Shown one piece after another: positions 58,695 through 64,000 of a stretch of DNA of 64,000 nucleotides. Position numbers and translations under genes: made by a program. Origin of the DNA: Treponema sp. UBA7590 (lineage in GTDB: Bacteria; Spirochaetota; Spirochaetia; Treponematales; Treponemataceae); NCBI GenBank assembly GCA_002478955.1, contig DLKK01000084.1, forward strand, positions 10,693 to 74,692, read 5' to 3'. Position 1 is the stretch's first letter, and the number at the start of each line of letters is the position of its first letter. The notes below the pieces were generated by a model that saw only the letters and a list, made by a program, of their open reading frames with translations, was not told the DNA's origin and searched no databases.

Positions 58695-59495
58695 ATGAGC
58701 GAAGCAATTTCAAAAGCACTAAAAGACGCAAGAAAAATAGTAATCAAAATCGGTTCAAATACGCTTGCAAAAGCAGATGGAACTCAAAACACTGAATTTA
58801 TGGCAAGTTTTGCCGCTCAGTGCAAAAAATTGATTGACCAGGGAAAACAGATTGTTGTAGTTTCTTCCGGCGCGCAAGTTTCTGGCGTTTCAACATTAAG
58901 CGAATGGGCGCGAAAAAAAGACGTTCACTTTAGGCAGGCTTTGTGCGCGATAGGGCAGGTTGAACTTATGGCTCAGTGGCGAAAAGCTTTTGGTGAACAA
59001 GGAATCCATATCGGACAGCTTTTGTTAACTAAAGAAGATTTTGAAAACGACCACCGTTCACTTAACATCCGCAATACTTTGTTCACTCTTGAAGATGAAG
59101 GAGTTGTTCCAATCATAAACGAGAACGATTCTGTTTCAATTGATGAATTTCAAATCGGCGACAACGACAATCTTTCCGCGCTTACAGCAATTCTTTGGAG
59201 CGCAGATTTACTGATTCTTTTTAGCGATGTTGACGGAATTTTTACAGACAATCCAAAGACAAACAAGAACGCAAAAATTGTTGAAGTTGTGGAAAATATT
59301 CCAGAATTAAGAAAATCAATCCGAATCGGCGAAAAAAATGCCTTTGGAACTGGCGGTATTGAAACAAAAATTCAGGCGGCAGAAAAAACAACAGTTTATG
59401 GAATTCCAATTCTTCTTGCAAACGGAAGCCACCAAAACATTCTGACAAACCTAGAAAACGGCACAGCATTAGGAACTTTATTTACAGCACAATAA
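58695..59495 (+). CDS. proB: Glutamate 5-kinase (short form, no PUA domain)
   Basis: KIGS, VSSGA, Q..CAIGQ, PIINEND, GDND.LSA, GTGG..TK. Confidence 0.93.
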   Translation: MSEAISKALKDARKIVIKIGSNTLAKADGTQNTEFMASFAAQCKKLIDQGKQIVVVSSGAQVSGVSTLSEWARKKDVHFRQALCAIGQVELMAQWRKAFGEQGIHIGQLLLTKEDFENDHRSLNIRNTLFTLEDEGVVPIINENDSVSIDEFQIGDNDNLSALTAILWSADLLILFSDVDGIFTDNPKTNKNAKIVEVVENIPELRKSIRIGEKNAFGTGGIETKIQAAEKTTVYGIPILLANGSHQNILTNLENGTALGTLFTAQ

Positions 59496-59521
59496 AGAGA
59501 TTGGCAAAAGGAGATATATTT

Positions 59522-60313
59522 ATGGAAAAAATAGCTTGTATTGGATGTGGTTCTATGGGTGGCGCAATAATGAGCGCAATCTGCAAAAAATTTGACGCAA
59601 AAAATATAACAGTCACAGCAAAACATTTTGAGCACGCCCAGGAATTTGCTAAAAAAAATGGGTGCAACGCAACAGAATCAAATGCAGACGCCGTAAAAGA
59701 CGCAAAATACATTTTTCTTGCCGTAAAACCTGCCTATATAAAAGAAGTCATCGCAAACATAAAAAAATCTTTGCGTCCAGATGCAATAATCATTTCAATG
59801 GCGGCAGGAATTTCGCTTAATAAGCTGATGGAACTGTACGACGCATATTACATCAGAATTATGCCAAATATGCCAGCCCAAATCGGAGAGGCAATGACCG
59901 CTTTATGCTGCCTGAATGAAATCCCTGCTGACGCATTAAAAACTGTGACAGAACTTTTGGAATCTTGTGGAATGGTTGAAAAAGTCGATGAAAAACTTAT
60001 GGATTGCGTAACAGCAATAAGTGGTTCTGGTCCAGCATACGCATTCCTGTTCGTTGAAGCCCTTGCAGATGCCGCCGTAAGATTTGGAATGCCACGAAAT
60101 CAAGCATATATTTATGCGGCTCAGACTTTGAAAGGTTCTGCGGCAATGGTTCTAAAAGATGAAAGATGTCCAGCTGCTCTAAAAGATGCCGTTTGTTCCC
60201 CTGCAGGAACAACCATTGAAGGTGTTGCTGCGCTAGAAGCAAACGGCTTCCGAAATGCTGTGATAGAAGGGGCAACTGCCGCCTGGAAAAAATCAATGAG
60301 TATGGGCAAATAG
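59522..60313 (+). CDS. proC: Pyrroline-5-carboxylate reductase
   Basis: IGCGSMG, LAVKP, RIMPN, SGSGPAY, VCSPAGTTI. Confidence 0.95.
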   Translation: MEKIACIGCGSMGGAIMSAICKKFDAKNITVTAKHFEHAQEFAKKNGCNATESNADAVKDAKYIFLAVKPAYIKEVIANIKKSLRPDAIIISMAAGISLNKLMELYDAYYIRIMPNMPAQIGEAMTALCCLNEIPADALKTVTELLESCGMVEKVDEKLMDCVTAISGSGPAYAFLFVEALADAAVRFGMPRNQAYIYAAQTLKGSAAMVLKDERCPAALKDAVCSPAGTTIEGVAALEANGFRNAVIEGATAAWKKSMSMGK

Positions 60314-60314
60314 C

Positions 60315-60503
60315 CTACAACGCAAAACTTGCCACTTGGAATTTCAATTCCATCTGGCTTAGTTTTCTTTCCATTGCAACAATTTTGTTTTCCCATTCAA
60401 AACCGCAATTAGGATGTTCACTAACATAAGTCCGATATTTTGCAATTTGTCCTCGATAGTCAGCAATGCTTTCCATTAATTCGATTATTCTTTGCATTTT
60501 CAT
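60315..60503 (-). CDS. Small hypothetical protein (62 aa)
   Basis: GGAG immediately upstream; helical-looking ORF filling the gap. Confidence 0.45.
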   Translation of the reverse strand: MKMQRIIELMESIADYRGQIAKYRTYVSEHPNCGFEWENKIVAMERKLSQMELKFQVASFAL

Positions 60504-60654
60504 CTCCGTATTCCTTATTTTTGCAAAATAAATTCTTTTCCCACAAATTTACCTTGCCTCAAAAAAACGAGAATTACTTTTAATATAATAATTTTTCAAA
60601 ATCTATTTAACTAGAAGAATGTACGTAGTATAAACCATTGTACTATTTAAAATG

Positions 60655-60695
60655 AAAATCGAGCTTTTCCACGCATTGCAAAAAAACTCGATTTT
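60655..60695 (-). terminator. Hairpin downstream of the RND operon
   Basis: AAAATCGAG...CTCGATTTT. Confidence 0.5.
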
Positions 60696-60719
60696 CAATT
60701 ATTTTATAAAACTTGAATA

Positions 60720-61028
60720 TCAGCAAATATCAGAGCAATTACAATCTGTTGCAAATGCAGCTGCGCCTTCGCCAACATACATCTCATGCAGCTTTTTCAT
60801 TATAGTTGACACAACAGAAACAAAATTGTCTTCAACATAAAGAATGAACATAACATTCAGCTGCGGCCAAATTGAATCGCCGAGTTTTGGATCTGTATTT
60901 CCAGAACCCATTACGTTTTCAATTTTTGTATATTTGCATTTTATTCCAGCACGGCGGCATTCTCGTTCGTACAGCTGTAAAAAATCTGATTCAATAGCTT
61001 GAGTAAGAACAATTTCTATTCTTTTCAT
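60720..61028 (-). CDS. PII-like transporter-associated protein (PG0541-like)
   Basis: YT.I.NV.G.G...PKLG..IWP.LN; TAATG overlap with the RND gene. Confidence 0.7.
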   Translation of the reverse strand: MKRIEIVLTQAIESDFLQLYERECRRAGIKCKYTKIENVMGSGNTDPKLGDSIWPQLNVMFILYVEDNFVSVVSTIMKKLHEMYVGEGAAAFATDCNCSDIC

Positions 61029-64000
61029 TATTCGTTTCCTCCATTATCAGAATTTCCAGCATTTTTATCTGACTCATCAGAAGCAGAATCCGAGTTATTT
61101 TCATCCGAAACATTTTTCTTTTCAACCCGGTTTTCCAGCGCTTTTACAATTTTTTTTAAACCGCGGGATTTTCTTTCCTCTGCTTTTACTTCTTTTTCAG
61201 TCTTTATAGGATTTTTTAAATCTTCCTCTAACTGAGCAAGACGTTTTGCTTCACCTTTTTTATTGAAAATAAAGTAAATTACAGGCATAACAAACAATGT
61301 CATCAATGAACCGAATGTCATACCTCCAAGAACTGTCAATCCAATTGGCTGTGTCATAGTTCCAGTTTCTCCTGGGAAGAATGCCATAGGAATCAAAGAA
61401 GTAACTGTTGTCAATGTTGACATCAAAATCGGGCGCAAACGGCTTCTTGCAGCTTCTATACATGCATCTTTAAGCGCATATCCACGCTTTCTTAAAAGAT
61501 TTGTGTAGTCAACTAATACAATACCGTTGTTTACAATTGTTCCGACAAGAACCAACATTCCGACTACAGAAACAATATTCAACATCGTGTGCGTAATCAA
61601 ATAAATGAACATTACACCAATGAATGAAAGCGGAATTGTAAACAGGATAATGAACGGATCTTTGAATGATTCAAATTGACTCGCCATTACCGCAAATACA
61701 AGCAAAACAGCCATAATAATAATTACACTGAATTTCTTAACGGAATCAACCATGTCTTCCAAAGAACCTTCGTAAGTAACCATTACTTTTTCATCAAGAA
61801 CTACATTTTTGCGGACAGCATCTGCAATCGCATCCTGTACTTTGTTAATGGAAATTCCTGATTTTGGCTCAACAGAAAGCCTGATTGTTCGGGTCTGGTT
61901 TTCACGGCGAATTGTAACCGGCGCAAGAGATTCTTCATAACGGGAAAAACTTGCGAACGGAATTCTTTGGCCCATTGAGTTTGTGACGTAAATATTTTCC
62001 AAATCACCAAATTTCTGCTTATCTTCATCATCAAGACTAACAACAATATCAATCTGGGTTCCGTTATCATCGTAGCGGCTGGCGGTTTTTCCATTTACAG
62101 CTGCGTTAAGCTCCGAACCTGCGCCATAAGCCGTAACACCAAGCTCGTACATTCGGTTGCGGTCAAGATTAACCTTGAGCTGAGGAAGTCCATCTTCAAG
62201 GTCACTTGTTACTTCATTTACATAATCAGCGCATTTTTCCTTAATTACATTCTGAATTTCTTTTGAAGTTGCACGCGCCAAATCCAAGTCATCTGAACGA
62301 ATTACAACATCAATTGCTGAACTTGCAAAACTTCCCATTCCGGAACTGAATGTAAATTCTGCACCAGGGAACGCATTAAAATATTTTCGACATTTTTCTT
62401 TTGCCGATTTTTCATTATCGTAACCAGGGAGTCGCTCGCTTTCTGGATACAACGAAATACGAAGCGTTGCAGTATTTGAATCTGAAGCCGTTGACATCAT
62501 TGTTGAGCCACCAACAGAAACAAGCGCATATTTTACACCTTTCAAATCCTTCATGACATTTGCTTCGTACTGTTGAATAACTTCGCGGGTAAGCTCAAGC
62601 GTTGTTCCTTTTGGCATTTCCAATGAAACCGAAACTGAAGTTGAAGCTTCTTCCGGCATAAAAATAAATCCGATGAACTTTACCGCAAAAATAGAACCAA
62701 AGAAAAGCACAACCAGCGAAATAATAACAAGCTTTCTGTGGCGCAGAACTTTTTCTACTCCAGAAGCATAAGCATTATCAAGCCAAGTAAAGAATCGGCT
62801 CATTAAACCGTCAAAACCTTGAAGCCATTTTGGCATTTTTCGTTCCGACTGCTTTTCTACAACAAGATATTTTGAAGAAAGAACCGGAACAAGAACTGCA
62901 GCTGTAAGCAATGAACAAAGAAGAGAGAAAATAATCGTAAAAGCAAAAGAAACGAAAAGTTTTCCCATCATTCCAAGCATTTTCTGGAACATTACCATCG
63001 GAAGGAAGATACAAACTGAAGTCAAAGTTGAAGAAGTAATTGAGCCAAGCATTTCTTCCGAACCAAGAACCGCTGCAACATCAGCCTTCGCATCACGCTC
63101 ACGGTAACTGAATATATTTTCCAGAATTACAATTGAGTTATCTACAAGCATACCGATACCCAAAAGTAATCCAGACAAAGTCATCATATTGATTGTAAAT
63201 CCGCAGAAATACATTAACGCAAGAGTAATAAGAACTGAAATCGGAATTGAAAGCGCAATAATGAACGTACTCTTTAAAGAACGCAAGAAAATATAAAGAA
63301 CAACAACAGCAAGCACAATTCCCTGAAGCAAAGAACTTACAACATTTTTAATTGTGTTGTTAATATCATCTGTTGTGTTGTAAGCTTCAATAATCTGAAC
63401 ATCAGCCGGAAGCTCCTGAAGAATTTTTGTAACCTGCGCACGACATTTTTCAGCAGTTGCAACAGAATTCTTTCCAGACTGCTTCTGAATCATAAGCATT
63501 ACACAAGATTTTCCGCCAATGTACGCTTCAGAAGTCACATCCTTATAGCCTTCATAAACATTCGCAACATCACGCAAAAGAATTGGAACAAGTTCTCCAC
63601 TGGAATTAGATTTGTACGTAACAACAGTTCCTTTTACATCATCAACAGACTTGTAAGTTCCTTCCGCCGAAATCGTATAATTTGTGTCGCCCTGTTCAAT
63701 CTGTCCGCCCGAACTCGTTATATTCTGGGCACCAATCATCTGGCAAATTTGAGTGATTGTAAGGCCGTAAGCATCCAGTCTGTCGCGAGGCACTTCAACT
63801 TTAATACATTTTTCGCTGTTACCAACAAGAGTTGCGGAAGCAACACCATCAACCTGCTCAAGGCGAGGCTGAATTATATCTTCAACATAAGAGCTTAACT
63901 CTTCTGGAGTTCGAGTTCCAGAAACAACAAGCCCCATAATCGGAATCATTGAAGGATCCATCTGGAAAATAATCGGGGAATCCGCATTGTCCGGCAAATA
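61028..64000 (-). CDS. AcrB/AcrD/AcrF-family RND efflux permease (N-terminus beyond window end)
   Basis: GMLVDNSIV.LENI, QFES...PF.I, VNNGIVLVD, RLRPILM.TLTT. Confidence 0.93.
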   Translation of the reverse strand, partial: YLPDNADSPIIFQMDPSMIPIMGLVVSGTRTPEELSSYVEDIIQPRLEQVDGVASATLVGNSEKCIKVEVPRDRLDAYGLTITQICQMIGAQNITSSGGQIEQGDTNYTISAEGTYKSVDDVKGTVVTYKSNSSGELVPILLRDVANVYEGYKDVTSEAYIGGKSCVMLMIQKQSGKNSVATAEKCRAQVTKILQELPADVQIIEAYNTTDDINNTIKNVVSSLLQGIVLAVVVLYIFLRSLKSTFIIALSIPISVLITLALMYFCGFTINMMTLSGLLLGIGMLVDNSIVILENIFSYRERDAKADVAAVLGSEEMLGSITSSTLTSVCIFLPMVMFQKMLGMMGKLFVSFAFTIIFSLLCSLLTAAVLVPVLSSKYLVVEKQSERKMPKWLQGFDGLMSRFFTWLDNAYASGVEKVLRHRKLVIISLVVLFFGSIFAVKFIGFIFMPEEASTSVSVSLEMPKGTTLELTREVIQQYEANVMKDLKGVKYALVSVGGSTMMSTASDSNTATLRISLYPESERLPGYDNEKSAKEKCRKYFNAFPGAEFTFSSGMGSFASSAIDVVIRSDDLDLARATSKEIQNVIKEKCADYVNEVTSDLEDGLPQLKVNLDRNRMYELGVTAYGAGSELNAAVNGKTASRYDDNGTQIDIVVSLDDEDKQKFGDLENIYVTNSMGQRIPFASFSRYEESLAPVTIRRENQTRTIRLSVEPKSGISINKVQDAIADAVRKNVVLDEKVMVTYEGSLEDMVDSVKKFSVIIIMAVLLVFAVMASQFESFKDPFIILFTIPLSFIGVMFIYLITHTMLNIVSVVGMLVLVGTIVNNGIVLVDYTNLLRKRGYALKDACIEAARSRLRPILMSTLTTVTSLIPMAFFPGETGTMTQPIGLTVLGGMTFGSLMTLFVMPVIYFIFNKKGEAKRLAQLEEDLKNPIKTEKEVKAEERKSRGLKKIVKALENRVEKKNVSDENNSDSASDESDKNAGNSDNGGNE

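Overview
A low-GC, densely coded bacterial chromosomal segment. Gene content, lipoprotein style and protein similarities suggest a commensal Treponema-like spirochaete (inference only). Most of it is housekeeping and metabolism: ptsI (partial), uppP, ettA, asnB, trkA/trkH, hrpB, metF, a BioY-ECF transporter, pyrF, a fused pyrK-pyrD, rlmB, proA-proB-proC and an RND pump. An accessory hot spot at about 12.3-18.0 kb holds two cassettes that each appear to have arrived by long target duplication, with no transposase or integrase nearby. The first carries a type III R-M pair plus an unannotated 33-aa hydrophobic peptide with a convergent antisense RNA (type I TA-like), between 65-bp direct repeats that contain a promoter and a palindrome. 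The second is hicAB between 54-bp direct repeats. Other notable signals are a CotH/VTC/DUF4956 cluster, a three-gene operon with a DarT-like ADP-ribosyltransferase motif, and a palindromic repeat found both intergenically and in-frame inside pyrK-pyrD. There are also four operator-like sites with exact 23-bp periodicity upstream of an orphan maltodextrin-binding protein, a glycogen-debranching/pullulanase fusion, and many apparently leaderless genes. No rRNA, tRNA or CRISPR array was seen. All calls come from reading the sequence by eye, with no database searches.
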